This document shows positions 9,553 to 19,362 of a DNA stretch of 64,000 nucleotides, one piece after another. Source of the stretch: an uncultured delta proteobacterium. GTDB taxonomy: Bacteria > Desulfobacterota > Binatia > UBA9968. Each line of letters starts with the position of its first letter. The stretch's first letter is position 1. Position numbers and translations under genes: made by a program. A model generated the notes under the pieces. The model searched no databases, had not been told where the DNA came from, and saw nothing but the letters and a program-made list of their open reading frames with translations. Location: the NCBI GenBank assembly GCA_963728565.1, contig CAVSLC010000005.1, positions 256,001 to 320,000 on the forward strand, read 5' to 3'.

Positions 9553-10986
9553 TCATTTGCCGGTGATCGCCTCATCGTCTTTCCCCGGCTCATACGGCCG
9601 CGTATCGCGTGCAAGATCGATTCTATTCAACACCTCGTCGGGCGCTTGTGCTTCCTTGGGAAAATGGTACGGCGGCAGCGGCTTGGTCGCGTCGAAGATC
9701 AATTTGGTTTCCATGGGACCCTTTTCCATACGGTTGAAGCCGTACGCAGTGGGATTTAGATGCGAGCCGATGATGTTGGGAATGATCACCAGATCGCGAT
9801 CCGCTTGAAAGCGCATGGCCAGCGCCCAGAGTACCTGGGTTTCGTTAAACACATCGACATCGTCATCGACGACGATCACGTGTTTGATATTTGGGTCGGT
9901 AACGATCGCTGCGAGCGCCGCCTGTTTGGGATCGCCTTCGGCTCTCTTCTTTACCGAGATGTAACAATGCGAGCGGGCCGCGCCCGAGATTGGCATGTTG
10001 ACGCCGGTGGTGCTCGGCACGACTTCTTGAATGCGCTTTAGCAGACTGCCCAGTCTAGGCGCGGCGCCGATGATGTTGTGCTCGAAATGCGCGCTGTGGA
10101 TGCACTGATAGATCGGATTTTTGCGCATGGTAATGGCGGTCACTTCGATGTATGGCTGCTCGCCTTCCTTGTAGTAGTAATGCGGCCATTCGCCGAAGGG
10201 TCCTTCGTAGTGGCGCTTTTTCGGCGGCACGATCCCTTCGATGATGATCTCGGCGCGCGCCGGCACCATCAAGTTCACCGTCTCCGCCTTGACGACTTCC
10301 AAGGGCTCGCCCAAAAATGCGCCGGCGATCTCGAGTTCCGAGCCGACGCCGGCTTGCTTGCTGACTGCGGCCATATTCAATGCCGGATGATGGCCGATGG
10401 CGAGAGCGACTTCCATGGGTTCGTTATGATCTTCGTATTCGGCGCGGACATAATTTGCGTGATTGGCGGGGTTGACCATCAGGCCGAGCTGTCTTTTGCC
10501 CTGTTTCTGGTGCCGATAGATGCCGACGTTGACCGCGCCTGTGTCGCGCTCCTTACAAATCATGGCCGCGGCATTCACGTAGGCGCCGGCGTCGCCCTCG
10601 TTGAGGGTCAGGACCGGTAGAAGATCGAGATCGGCGGCGTCGCCTTTCAGGATCACTTCTTTGCACGGCGCGTCTCTGGCTGAGATCTCTTTGACCGGAA
10701 CCGGACTGTGCTCGCGATGGGCCAGATCCTTGACCATCTGCGGCACCGAAGGGGAGCCCAGCGACAATGCCAGCCGTTCATAAGTGGCGCCCAGATTGAT
10801 CACCAAGGGGATCTTCGAGCCCTTGATATTTTTGAAAAAAACCAAAGGAAATTCATTTTTTCGTTCGAACTTCTCGACGATCGCGCTGGCTTCGTACTGC
10901 GGGTCGATCTCTTTATCGACAACCACTACATCTTTAGGCCGCCTTTCCAATAACTCGTCTAGATAACTGCGAAAATCTTTGGGCAT
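9553..10986 (-). CDS. UbiD family prFMN-dependent (de)carboxylase
   Basis: NVGIYRH, VPARAEIIIEG, EGPFGEW and VIVVDDDVD motifs. Confidence 0.93.
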   Translation of the reverse strand: MPKDFRSYLDELLERRPKDVVVVDKEIDPQYEASAIVEKFERKNEFPLVFFKNIKGSKIPLVINLGATYERLALSLGSPSVPQMVKDLAHREHSPVPVKEISARDAPCKEVILKGDAADLDLLPVLTLNEGDAGAYVNAAAMICKERDTGAVNVGIYRHQKQGKRQLGLMVNPANHANYVRAEYEDHNEPMEVALAIGHHPALNMAAVSKQAGVGSELEIAGAFLGEPLEVVKAETVNLMVPARAEIIIEGIVPPKKRHYEGPFGEWPHYYYKEGEQPYIEVTAITMRKNPIYQCIHSAHFEHNIIGAAPRLGSLLKRIQEVVPSTTGVNMPISGAARSHCYISVKKRAEGDPKQAALAAIVTDPNIKHVIVVDDDVDVFNETQVLWALAMRFQADRDLVIIPNIIGSHLNPTAYGFNRMEKGPMETKLIFDATKPLPPYHFPKEAQAPDEVLNRIDLARDTRPYEPGKDDEAITGK

Positions 10987-11291
10987 TTTGACTCACCTCC
11001 GGGCTCAGTTTTGGATCACATTGCACCTAGGGACAAGGTGTCGCCAGGCTGATGCTATGCTATGCGCGCAATCGCGCGCGGCTGTCAAGATGAACTTTGC
11101 TGGGTGTGGTGCACCTGGGAAAGATCTCTCTTTTCGTTGGGGATGACCCAAAAAGGAGAGATCGTTTCGCCGTCACTCCGACCGAAGAGGAGTCCTGTTC
11201 TCTGAGTCGTGTTCGGGCGCAGCTAAATGAGCCTCTATGCTTGCTTGACAGCTTGGAGGCGTTCTTCTAACAGTGGACGGGGAAAACGAGG

Positions 11292-12275
11292 ATGCAAAAG
11301 CTGCCGGTAAAATGGGGCATTAGCCTGCCGAATCGTGGCGCGCTGTTTGGCCTTACCGATGTGGATGCGCTGATCGGAACAGCCAAGGCTGCCGAACAAT
11401 CCGGAGTCTTCGAATCGGTGTGGTTCGGCGATAGTTTGATTCACAAGCCGCGCTTGGAAGCGATCACCATGCTGGCGGCGGTTGCCACCCACACCACCAG
11501 AGTACGGCTCGGGACGATCTGCATGGCGTCTTTCCCGGTGCGCCATCCGGTCTTACTGGCGATTCAGTGGGCGTCGCTCGATCAGATCTCTCAGGGACGA
11601 GCGGTGCTCGGCGTCTGCATCGGCGGCGGGCACGAGGGCGAGCTCAGAGCGTTCGGTGTCAAGCGCGAAGAGCGCGTTGGACGCATGAAAGAGGGCATTC
11701 AGTTGCTCCGCCAAATCTGGAGTGACAAAGAGGTCGTGCACAAGGGCAAATATTACACGGTCGAAGGCTACAACATCGTGCCGAAACCGGTGCAGACGCC
11801 GCCGCCGATTTGGATCGCGGTGAGTCCCGAGCGCGACCAAGTCGGCGACAAAGTGGTCGACGCAGCGATGCGCCGAGTCGGCGCGCTGGCCGACGGCTAC
11901 ATTACCATGGGAGTGACGGCGCAAGAGCTTGGCAAACGGTTAAGAATCATCGAGGCAACCGCCAATGAGATCGGCAAAGACTTATCAAACTTCGAAGTAG
12001 CCATTCATGGCATGGTCAACGTGAACGACGACAAACAATCAGCCTACGCCCAGGCGAAGGACTACTTCAATCATTATTACGGCCCCACCTATCCGCCGGA
12101 AAGCTTGATCAAGGTCTGGCTTGCGCACGGACCGCCGAAAGACTGCGCACGACTGATTCAAGAATGGATCGACATGGGCATCACTACGCCGGTGCTGCGA
12201 TTTACCGCCAAGGATCAACTTGAGCAGGTGAGGAGATTTATCGACGAAGTGCTGCCGCTGTTGCGGTTGAATTGA
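11292..12275 (+). CDS. LLM class (luciferase-like) flavin- or F420-dependent oxidoreductase
   Basis: FESVWFGDS, AAVATHTTRVRLGT, LDQISQGR and PKPVQTPPPIW motifs. Confidence 0.92.
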   Translation: MQKLPVKWGISLPNRGALFGLTDVDALIGTAKAAEQSGVFESVWFGDSLIHKPRLEAITMLAAVATHTTRVRLGTICMASFPVRHPVLLAIQWASLDQISQGRAVLGVCIGGGHEGELRAFGVKREERVGRMKEGIQLLRQIWSDKEVVHKGKYYTVEGYNIVPKPVQTPPPIWIAVSPERDQVGDKVVDAAMRRVGALADGYITMGVTAQELGKRLRIIEATANEIGKDLSNFEVAIHGMVNVNDDKQSAYAQAKDYFNHYYGPTYPPESLIKVWLAHGPPKDCARLIQEWIDMGITTPVLRFTAKDQLEQVRRFIDEVLPLLRLN

Positions 12276-12338
12276 TGCCTGTGCCGCTGATAAAGAAGCA
12301 CAGTGAGGATCCAGCGCGTGATCCATGGAAATCGGCGA

Positions 12339-12408
12339 ACGAGATTCTTCGGTTCCCCGGGATGACAAACCGTCGAGGTGTCATCCTGAACGCAATGAAG
12401 GATCTCGT
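12339..12408. repeat. REP-like imperfect palindrome (GTCATCCTGA...GAAGGATCTC type)
   Basis: GAGATTCTTCGGTTCCCCGGGATGACA is inverted relative to TGTCATCCTGAACGCAATGAAGGATCTC. Confidence 0.65.
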
Positions 12409-12427
12409 CTAATTTTAGGACGAGGCC

Positions 12428-13774
12428 ATGTTTGAAGATCTACGAGGCTTTTTAACTCATCTCGAAAGTCAGAAACAATTATTGCGCATCAAGGAGGAGG
12501 TCGGCGTCAAATACGAGATTGCCGCAGGCATGCGCAAGACTTCCGACATCGAAGGACCGGCGTTGCTCTTCGAAAACGTAAGAGGCTATCCCGGCTGGCG
12601 CGTGTTGGGCGGATTGTTCGCAACCAGAAAACTGGTGGCCCTCGGACTCGGCGTGCCGCAAGAGCAGATGCTCGAGCGTTACATGACTCTGGAAGACAAG
12701 CACATCCCCCCTGAGGTTGTTTCGAATGCTCCGTGCAAAGAGATCAAGTGGACCGGTGACCAGGTCGATTTATCCAAGCTGCCGATCGTCACCCACGCGA
12801 GCAAGGATTGCGGTCCGTACGTCACCATCGGCGTGCAGGTCGGTAAGAATCCCGACACCGGTATACGCAATTTGTCGGTTCATCGCATGCTGGTGCTCGG
12901 CAAGGACCGGCTCTCGCTTTGGGCGCCCGCCGACCATCACTTGGGCCGCATGATTCTGATGGCCGAAGAGAAGAAGAAAGGTTTGGAAGTTGCCACCGCT
13001 GTCGGCGTCGATCCCGCCATTGTGGTCGGTTCGCAGGCTCGAGTGCCGTTCGGCATAGACGAGTTTCATATTGCCGGAGCGTTGCGCGGAGCGCCGGTGA
13101 AGTTGACGAAGTGCGAAACCATCGACGTCGAGGTGCCGGCCTATGCCGAAGTCGTAATCGAGGGCGTGACCATTCCCGGTGAGCGCGTCGCCGATGGACC
13201 GTACGGCGAGTATCCCGGCTGCTACAGCGAAGCCAAACAGGCTCCGGTTCTCAAAGTCACAGCGATCACGATGCGCAATAATCCGATCTGGCAGACCGCG
13301 CTTACCGGCATGCCGGTGACAGAAAATCATACCCTGATCGAATACGGCAATGCCGCGGTGGTGTATCGCGAAGTCAAAAAGATCGTGCCGGAAGTGCGCG
13401 GTGTCAATATGACGCCCGGCGGGACATTCCGCCATCACGTGGTGGTGTCGATCAAAAAGCGCGCCGAGAACGAAGGGCGCAACGTGATACTCGCGCTACT
13501 TTCGATGGGCATAGGCCTCAAGCAGGTGATCGTTGTCGATGATGACATCGACCCTTTCGATCCGATGCAGGTGGATTGGGCGATGGCGACTCGTTTTCAG
13601 GCGGACAAAGACGCCATCATCATCCCAAACATTGCGTGCTCCACCTTGGACCCGTCTTGTCCCGAGGCGCGCGTTACCGCCGGTTTGGGGATCGACGCCA
13701 CTGCGCCGATGAAAGACCACTGGCGCTTCGAAAAAGTCGAGATCCCCGGCGTCGAAAAAGTAAAGTACATTTAA
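12428..13774 (+). CDS. UbiD family prFMN-dependent (de)carboxylase
   Basis: GPALLFENV, NLSVHRM, EVPAYAEVVIEG, DGPYGEY and VIVVDDDID motifs. Confidence 0.93.
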   Translation: MFEDLRGFLTHLESQKQLLRIKEEVGVKYEIAAGMRKTSDIEGPALLFENVRGYPGWRVLGGLFATRKLVALGLGVPQEQMLERYMTLEDKHIPPEVVSNAPCKEIKWTGDQVDLSKLPIVTHASKDCGPYVTIGVQVGKNPDTGIRNLSVHRMLVLGKDRLSLWAPADHHLGRMILMAEEKKKGLEVATAVGVDPAIVVGSQARVPFGIDEFHIAGALRGAPVKLTKCETIDVEVPAYAEVVIEGVTIPGERVADGPYGEYPGCYSEAKQAPVLKVTAITMRNNPIWQTALTGMPVTENHTLIEYGNAAVVYREVKKIVPEVRGVNMTPGGTFRHHVVVSIKKRAENEGRNVILALLSMGIGLKQVIVVDDDIDPFDPMQVDWAMATRFQADKDAIIIPNIACSTLDPSCPEARVTAGLGIDATAPMKDHWRFEKVEIPGVEKVKYI

Positions 13775-13893
13775 ACGCAGAGGATCGCGACCGGCGCCAG
13801 GACGCAAGGCGCAAAGGCTTGGAAAAATGGTAATCCCGTTATTTCGGCGGCGTTCCGTCTTGGCGGGATAAAGTCTCAACGTCCTTCCAAGAC

Positions 13894-14763
13894 ATGAGAA
13901 ACTTTGACTATCTCGAACCGACGACCGTAGCCGAGGCCTGCGCCATGCTCAAGCAGCATGCCGGCGAAGCCAAAGTTTTTGCCGGCGGCGCGCATGTCAT
14001 GATTCTGATGAAGCAGGGGCTGTATCAGCCCAAAGCCTTAGTCAATATCAAAAGGATTCCTGAGCTAAAGAACATTTCGTTCGACAGCACCGAAGGGTTG
14101 ATCATCGGCGCTCTGGTGACGCATCGTGAGATTGAAACATCCTCTGTTGTCAACGAAAAACTTCCAGTGCTCTCGGAGGCGGAAAGAGAAATCGCAAATA
14201 TTCGCGTGCGCAATATGGGAACGGTCGGAGGTAATCTCGCCTCAGGCGAACCGCTGACCGATCTATCACAAATTTTCATTGCGCTGGACGGTAAGTTAAA
14301 AGTCGCCGGCCCATCTGGGGAGCGCACGATTCTGGTGGAGGAGCTATTCCTCGACTTTTATACGACCAGTTTGGCGGAAGACGAAATTATCACACGAGTC
14401 GTGCTCCCGCCACCACCGCCGCGCTCCGGCATCGACTACATCCGATTTTCCAGCAGCTCTGCGGTTGACAAACCTTCAGCCGGTGTAGCCGTGCGACTGA
14501 CATTGGACGGAGAAGCCGTTCAAATTGGGAGGATCGTGCTCGGCTGTGTCGGTCCGACCCCGGTTAGGGCAAAAAAGGCCGAGGCCCTTGTCATCGGCAA
14601 AGTATTAAACGCTGATCTTATCAGGGAGGCGGCCGCTCTAGCGTCGCAAGAGTGCAGTCCGATGGGTGACCTGCGCGGCTCCGAAGAATACAAACGAGCG
14701 ATCGTCATGACGCTAGTGAGGCGGGCGGCAGACGCGGCTTACAGGAAAGCTCTCAGCGAATAA
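13894..14763 (+). CDS. Xanthine dehydrogenase family FAD-binding subunit (CoxM/CutM-like)
   Basis: FDYLEP, AGG, VRNMGTVGGNL and DLRGSEEYK motifs. Confidence 0.92.
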   Translation: MRNFDYLEPTTVAEACAMLKQHAGEAKVFAGGAHVMILMKQGLYQPKALVNIKRIPELKNISFDSTEGLIIGALVTHREIETSSVVNEKLPVLSEAEREIANIRVRNMGTVGGNLASGEPLTDLSQIFIALDGKLKVAGPSGERTILVEELFLDFYTTSLAEDEIITRVVLPPPPPRSGIDYIRFSSSSAVDKPSAGVAVRLTLDGEAVQIGRIVLGCVGPTPVRAKKAEALVIGKVLNADLIREAAALASQECSPMGDLRGSEEYKRAIVMTLVRRAADAAYRKALSE

Positions 14764-14911
14764 TCGCCAGGAAAGACCCGAGCATTCACCAGCCCAGGAT
14801 GATTTTGTGACAAGTCCGTTTCATTCGTTCCCTCTAGTGGGGAAAGCTTGTGAGTTCTGAGTGGAGATAAACCTATTCCCGTGCGCGGCGGTTTAACGGC
14901 GCGGCAGCATA

Positions 14912-15385
14912 ATGAATCGCAAGACGATTTCAATAAATGTTAACGGCACCGAGCGCAGCGTCGAAGTTGAAGCGCGCACCACGCTGCTCGATCTAGTGCG
15001 CGAACAATTCGGATTGACGGGCGCCAAGCTCGGCTGCGATATCCAGGTGTGCGGTGCTTGCACGTTGCTCGTCAACGGCAAACCGGTAAGCGCGTGCTCG
15101 GTTCTGGCGATCGACGCCGATACTTGTGATGTCTTAACCGTCGAAGGATTGGGCGGCAATGGTAAGCTCGATCCGATCCAGGAAGCGTTCATGGAGTTTG
15201 GCGCTTTGCAGTGCGGCTATTGTACGTCGGGATTCATTTTAACGACGAAAGCTTTGCTGGATGAATGCCCTAAGCCATCCGATGAGCAAATTCGAAATTA
15301 CTTGGCCGGCAACTTTTGCCGCTGCGGCTGTTATCAAGAGATTATGCAAGCGGTTAAGAACGTGGCGAGCCTGAGCCGTCGATAA
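14912..15385 (+). CDS. Xanthine dehydrogenase family 2x[2Fe-2S] subunit (CoxS/CutS-like)
   Basis: GCDIQVCGACT, QCGYCTSG and NFCRCGCY motifs. Confidence 0.95.
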   Translation: MNRKTISINVNGTERSVEVEARTTLLDLVREQFGLTGAKLGCDIQVCGACTLLVNGKPVSACSVLAIDADTCDVLTVEGLGGNGKLDPIQEAFMEFGALQCGYCTSGFILTTKALLDECPKPSDEQIRNYLAGNFCRCGCYQEIMQAVKNVASLSRR

Positions 15386-15482
15386 GGGGCGCTTGCGGCG
15401 TTGTCGCTTCGGGCTCGCATTCTCACGTACTGCTCATGTACGCTGCGGGTGCGAGCCTTCGCTCCGCCTCGCAATCGCCGCC
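15386..15482. repeat. ~100-bp imperfect palindromic intergenic element (MITE/REP-like)
   Basis: Nested inverted arms GGCG.TTGCG / CGCAA.CGCC and GGCTCGCA / TGCGAGCC around the core CGTAC-TGCTCAT-GTACG. Confidence 0.6.
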
Positions 15483-15523
15483 TTCTTGACGGTGGGGTTT
15501 TCGCAAGTGCTGCCTAGGTTACG

Positions 15524-17866
15524 ATGATGGAAGGATCCGATTCAATGGAAATGATGGGCATCGGCAAATCGGTGCGAAGGCTTGATTACGAAAGCAAGAT
15601 CTCGGGCAGGGCATTGTATCTGGCGGACATGCACATGCCGGGCATGTGCCACGGCAAAATTCTGCGCAGCCCGCTGCCTCACGCCCGGATAAAGAGAATC
15701 GACATTTCCAAGGCACTCAAGGTTACCGGCGTTGTCACGATCATCACCCGCGACGATATTCTTCATGATCAGGGTATTGAGCCTTATTACGGTCCCGTCT
15801 TTAAAGATCAAACCATCCTAGCTGTAGAAAAAGTACGCCATGTCGGCGATCCGGTAGCAGCCGTTGCGGCGGCAAGCATCGATGCCGCGGAAGAGGCGCT
15901 GCGCCTGATTGAAGTCGATTATGAAGAATTGCCGGCGGTGCTCGATGTGCATGAAGCGTTAAGAAGCGGCGCTGTATTAGTGCACGATTCGATCAGACTG
16001 CCGAGTTCCGGTTTCGCCGATCTCGCCGAAATCAAGCCGGTGGAAGGGACTAATATCTGCACCCACTTCAAGCTCAACCGCGGCGAGGTGGAGAAAGGGT
16101 TCGCGGAAGCGGACCGCATTTTCGAAGACACCTTCACCTTACCGGCGACGCAACACTGCTTTTTGGAAACTCACGCATGTATCGCGTCAGCGGAGGCGGG
16201 GCGCATCACGGTCTGGGCGACGACGCAGAATCCATTCGTCGTACGCACTCAGTTGGCCAACATATTTAAAGTTCCGGTGTCAAAAGTGCGGGTGATCGTG
16301 CCGTATCTCGGCGGTGGTTACGGCGGAAAAGTTTATCCCAAAGTCGAGCCGATTACAGTTGCCCTGGCGCAAAAGGCTCGCCGGCCGGTTCGGGTGGTGC
16401 TGTCGCGCGAGGAGGTCTTCTACACGATCACCAAACACGCCGCCGTGATCCGGATGAAAACCGGCGTGAAAAACGACGGCACCCTAATTGCGCGCGAATG
16501 TGAGATCCATCTCGACACCGGCGCCTATGCTGAAATCGGACCACGGGTGGCGAAGAAGTCAGGCTACACAGCGGCCGGCCCATATCGAATTCCCAACCTG
16601 AAGATAGATTCCTATTCCGTATACACCAATAAACCACCGGCGGGCGCTTTCCGTGGTTTCGGTGTTTCTCAATCGGCATGGGCCGTCGAGTCGCAAATGG
16701 ATATCATGGCGGCGGCCCTAAAAATGGACCCCCTCGAGATTCGGCTCAAGAACGGCTATGTCGATGGCGATCGATTCGTGACCGAAGAAACACTGCGAAG
16801 TGTTGGCTTGAAAGATTGCCTCGACGGAGTCGCTAAATCAATTGGCTGGGAAGACAGGCGGCTCGGAAGTTCAAAGGTCCAAAACCTCGATGGAAGCCTG
16901 AAGCGCGGCAAGGGATTGGCCTGCATGATCAAGGCGACGATCACGCCGTCGATATCATGCGCCGCGCTAAAGCTCAACGAAGACAGCAGCCTTTCCATTT
17001 ATTGCGGCACAGTCGAGATGGGCCAGGGTTCCGAGACAGTGCTGGCGCAGATCGCCGGAGAAGAGCTAGGAATTTCGCTGCAACGCATTCAAGTCCTCGG
17101 CGTCGATACCGATGTCGTCCCTTATGATTTGACGACGTCGTCAAGCCGTTCAACCTTTCACATGGGCAAGGCGGTGCAATTCGCGGCGCGGGACATACTG
17201 CGGCAGCTAAAGGAGATCGTCGTTGAAGAGTACGGCGTGCCGGCGGACCAGGTGAGCTTCGGCGATGGAAAGGTGCGCCTACCCGAGGGCTCGCTCGATT
17301 ATGCTGAAATCATGTTTAAGAGATTTGGCATGCAAGGTGGCACCTTGATCGGTGAGGGGGAGTTGAAGACGTCGGTGAAAGACGAATTCGGTGAAAAGAG
17401 CACTTCGGCATTTTGGTTCCTTTCTGCCGGCGCTGCCGAGGTCGAAGTGGACGTGGAGACCGGCAAATTCAAGCTGCTCAAGTACGCCACGGCGGTTGAT
17501 GTCGGTAAAGCGCTCAACCCACTCGGCTGTCGCCAGCAATTGACCGGCGCGGCAATTACCGGGATCGGCCAGGCGGTGTTCGAAGAGATCGCTTATGACA
17601 ATGGCCAGCTGATCAATCCCAATCTTATCGACTATGTCTTACCCTCTCTGGCCGATATGCCCGCTTCGATCGATCCCATCGCGGTTGAGATTCCGGACCG
17701 GAACGGTCCATTCGGCGCTAAAGGCATCGGCGAGAGCGCCTTGATCCCGGTGGCGCCGGCCATCGCTAACGCGATCTTCGATGCGGTCGGCGTGCGCATC
17801 AAGGATTTACCGATCAAAGCCGAAAAAGTTTATCTGGCCTTAGAGGATTTGAAGAACAAAACATAG
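15524..17866 (+). CDS. Xanthine dehydrogenase family molybdopterin-binding subunit (Mo hydroxylase large subunit)
   Basis: LRSPLPHARI, GGGYGGK, GAFRGFG, EMGQG and GAKGIGE motifs. Confidence 0.95.
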   Translation: MMEGSDSMEMMGIGKSVRRLDYESKISGRALYLADMHMPGMCHGKILRSPLPHARIKRIDISKALKVTGVVTIITRDDILHDQGIEPYYGPVFKDQTILAVEKVRHVGDPVAAVAAASIDAAEEALRLIEVDYEELPAVLDVHEALRSGAVLVHDSIRLPSSGFADLAEIKPVEGTNICTHFKLNRGEVEKGFAEADRIFEDTFTLPATQHCFLETHACIASAEAGRITVWATTQNPFVVRTQLANIFKVPVSKVRVIVPYLGGGYGGKVYPKVEPITVALAQKARRPVRVVLSREEVFYTITKHAAVIRMKTGVKNDGTLIARECEIHLDTGAYAEIGPRVAKKSGYTAAGPYRIPNLKIDSYSVYTNKPPAGAFRGFGVSQSAWAVESQMDIMAAALKMDPLEIRLKNGYVDGDRFVTEETLRSVGLKDCLDGVAKSIGWEDRRLGSSKVQNLDGSLKRGKGLACMIKATITPSISCAALKLNEDSSLSIYCGTVEMGQGSETVLAQIAGEELGISLQRIQVLGVDTDVVPYDLTTSSSRSTFHMGKAVQFAARDILRQLKEIVVEEYGVPADQVSFGDGKVRLPEGSLDYAEIMFKRFGMQGGTLIGEGELKTSVKDEFGEKSTSAFWFLSAGAAEVEVDVETGKFKLLKYATAVDVGKALNPLGCRQQLTGAAITGIGQAVFEEIAYDNGQLINPNLIDYVLPSLADMPASIDPIAVEIPDRNGPFGAKGIGESALIPVAPAIANAIFDAVGVRIKDLPIKAEKVYLALEDLKNKT

Positions 17867-17889
17867 CTCACGGCTGCGCCGTTAAAGAG

Positions 17890-18327
17890 ATGACTCGCAG
17901 GTCCGGCTTATTTCCATTGGTTATTTTCGCGGCGACTATGTTTGCGTGCAATTCCGAAATCCTCCAAAAACAAGCCGAGCAGATCAAACAGCAAGAGTTG
18001 GAAATCGCCCAACAGCGCAAAGATCTCGAGGCGATGCTGGCGAATCAACAGCTGCAGGATCAGAAGCAGCGGGACTGTAACCGCGCTTTCCGCGATTATT
18101 TCGAGAAGGCGCAGATAGCAACCGCTGGCGATCAGGCCATCGCGCTTTATCGCGAAGGCTTGTCTCTTTGCCCCGCGGATGAGGTTGCGCATTACGAGCT
18201 GGGCAGGGCTTTGGCGGATCGCGGACGCTACCTTGAGGCTGAAAAGGAGTTCGAAGCTGCGCTCAATCTCAGGCCAGACTTTACCGATGCCAGAAGACAA
18301 CTCGAGTCTATCCGTAAGAAGCGGTAG
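17890..18327 (+). CDS. TPR-containing lipoprotein with a coiled coil
   Basis: Lipobox MFAC, Q/E-rich coil, TPR AHYELGRAL...FEAALNLRPD. Confidence 0.8.
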   Translation: MTRRSGLFPLVIFAATMFACNSEILQKQAEQIKQQELEIAQQRKDLEAMLANQQLQDQKQRDCNRAFRDYFEKAQIATAGDQAIALYREGLSLCPADEVAHYELGRALADRGRYLEAEKEFEAALNLRPDFTDARRQLESIRKKR

Positions 18328-18475
18328 CTCCACAACCCCAAGAATAGCCAGCGGGTAGAAGTTTCACCCTCGAATTCTGCTGGTGACGCTGCAAAGCAGG
18401 AGCTTTTTCGTCGCCGTCCTGCTCGCAGCACAGATCACTCTGTTTGGCGCTTTCTTTATTGTAGGAGGTAGATCG

Positions 18476-19249
18476 ATGCGATCCGTCGTCGGCTTTTTAC
18501 TTTGCGTAACTTTATTTGCGTCTTCGGCGCACGCGGCTGATGCCAAGAAGCTAATCGATATGACTTACCCCTTCGCCGAAGATACCCTGCATTGGCCGAC
18601 CGCCAAGCCTTTTCATCTTGAGAAGACCAGCGAAGGACGAACCGCGGCGGGCTACTGGTATTCCGCCTATGAATACAGCGGCGCAGAGCACGTCGGCACG
18701 CATCTGGATGCGCCGTTTCACTTCGCCGAGGGTAAGTGGACCACCGACCAGATTCCTTTGGCCAGGACAATCGGTCCCGGCATCATCATCGATGTGCGCA
18801 GCGCAGTCGGCGCCGATCGCGATCATCGATTAAACCTCCAAGACATTCGCGCATGGGAGAAGCGTTTCGGGCGCATTCCCAAGGAGTCAATTGTCTTGAT
18901 GTACTCGGGATGGGGTAAATATTGGGGTAATCGCAAGCAGTACTTCGGCACCGATGAACCAGGCGACGTAGCCAATCTTCATTTCCCAGGATTTTCGAAA
19001 GAAGCGGCGGAGTTTCTGGTAAAACAGCGCGGCGTCAAAGCCGTTGGGCTGGACACCCCGAGTATCGATCACGGGCCCTCGCGCGATTTCATCGTTCATC
19101 AAATACTCGGCGGCGCCAATGTGCCGATCTTCGAGAACGTTGCGGCTCTGGATCGTCTGCCGGCAAAGGGCGCAACGATCTTTGCAATCCCGATGAAAAT
19201 CAAAGGCGGAAGCGGCGCTCCACTTCGAATTTTTGCCCAGCTACCATAG
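18476..19249 (+). CDS. Cyclase family (kynurenine formamidase-like) metallohydrolase, exported
   Basis: EHVGTHLDAPFHF, VGLDTPSID and GGSGAPLR motifs; AGGAGG RBS before ATG 18476; signal peptide. Confidence 0.9.
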   Translation: MRSVVGFLLCVTLFASSAHAADAKKLIDMTYPFAEDTLHWPTAKPFHLEKTSEGRTAAGYWYSAYEYSGAEHVGTHLDAPFHFAEGKWTTDQIPLARTIGPGIIIDVRSAVGADRDHRLNLQDIRAWEKRFGRIPKESIVLMYSGWGKYWGNRKQYFGTDEPGDVANLHFPGFSKEAAEFLVKQRGVKAVGLDTPSIDHGPSRDFIVHQILGGANVPIFENVAALDRLPAKGATIFAIPMKIKGGSGAPLRIFAQLP

Positions 19250-19362
19250 TTTCATCGCGAATTTCTGGCCGGACAAGAGTCACTGCTGTGCAGTCCGCGG
19301 TTTTTGCTTTAACCCAGCAAAACCACTATAGTCTGCCCGCACTAAGCTAAGGGAGGGACTGT

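Noticed and set aside
13894-17866. Aerobic CO dehydrogenase (coxMSL) or 4-hydroxybenzoyl-CoA reductase
   Set aside because: The large subunit has AFRGFG rather than the form I CODH AYxCSFR motif, and the FAD subunit lacks the Cys-rich [4Fe-4S] insert of HcrB.
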